Shown here: positions 63,323 through 64,000 of the stretch, in pieces | Numbering within the stretch: position 1 is the first letter of the stretch | Layout: every line of letters begins with the position of its first letter | From: Octopus sinensis | Lineage: Eukaryota | Direction: 5' to 3' | Assembly: GCF_006345805.1 (NCBI RefSeq) | Contig: NC_043003.1 | Span: 113,708,001-113,772,000 of the forward strand | DNA: 64,000 bases | Translations under genes and position numbers: made by a program | Notes under the pieces: generated by a model | Database searches by the model: none | Told to the model about the DNA's origin: nothing | Seen by the model: only the letters and a program-made list of their open reading frames with translations

Positions 63323-64000
63323 CTGAAAATCTAGTTTGACTTCGATAGATGAGAAAAGAGAAACAAAACTTTTTGTGATGGTGATGGTGGTAATGTGTGT
63401 GTGTGTGCGTGTGGGGGGAGGGGTAAACAACAGAAAACGTTCCTTAATTTCTAAGCAATGAGTAAGAACTTCAAAATAGAAGGCTTTCTTAGAAATTGTG
63501 TGTATATAGATATGTATTGCTTTGCATTTAGTTGGTGTCACTCAAGTGGTTCCTGTTGGGTGTGAAATTACTTTCTTTTTCTTGTTTTCCTTTTAAATAT
63601 CTTGCTTTATTTTCATTCCTCTGACTTATTTTCCCCTTCCTTAATTTTGTTTCTTTTTCTGTGTTTTTAATTTTCTTTTTTAAAGAAAGACCACTTGTCA
63701 GTGGTAAGAAGTAACTGCTTATGGTTCATATTAAATAGTTTGGTGGTGATAGTGGTGGAGGCTTTCCTACCCTTACTAATTTAGTGGGTGGTGGTGGTGG
63801 AGGAAATTTGTCGCCATAATTGCTCTTATATTTGTTAGAACATTCTACAAACTAATAAACAGTGCATAGACACAGAAAAGCAAAGAGTCAACTACGAGAG
63901 AGAGAGAGAGAGACAGAGAGGGAATGAGAGACAGACAGAAAGAGAAAGAGAGAGAGAGATGGTTGCATGGATAAAAAGCTTGCTTTGCAACCGCCTAGTT

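Overview
AT-rich, microsatellite-saturated eukaryotic genomic DNA. The SINE/LINE repertoire and repeat load look like a coleoid cephalopod, most likely Octopus (inference from recalled repeat families, not a database result). Almost all ORFs in the supplied track are artefacts of (TA)n, (CA)n, (CAT)n tracts or of SINE bodies. The window appears to be mostly intron of one minus-strand gene. I find a likely non-coding 5'UTR exon (30274-30370) and a likely first coding exon (19727-20002, ATG at 19904, encoding MDGNSKSKNRESR...), both with near-consensus splice sites; I cannot identify the protein. The rest is mobile DNA: at least three tRNA-derived SINE families, fragments of RTE, R4/Dong and CR1 LINEs, a decayed Tc1/mariner transposase, MITEs with clean target-site duplications (three GG-ended with 8-bp TSDs, two piggyBac-like with TTAA, one hAT), and two non-autonomous Helitrons. 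The most interesting signals are three. (1) Short, probably Penelope-like elements sit in (TA)n/(TAA)n tracts, are repeatedly inserted as fold-back inverted structures, and carry minimal hammerhead-ribozyme folds: one with a fully canonical core (60544-60586), one near-canonical (10187-10234), and one family whose consensus core has the C3-G8 pair swapped to G3-C8. (2) A ~650-bp near-identical inverted duplication brackets the start-codon exon. (3) SINEs are modular, with one shared head and three different tails. All alignments and folds were done by eye.
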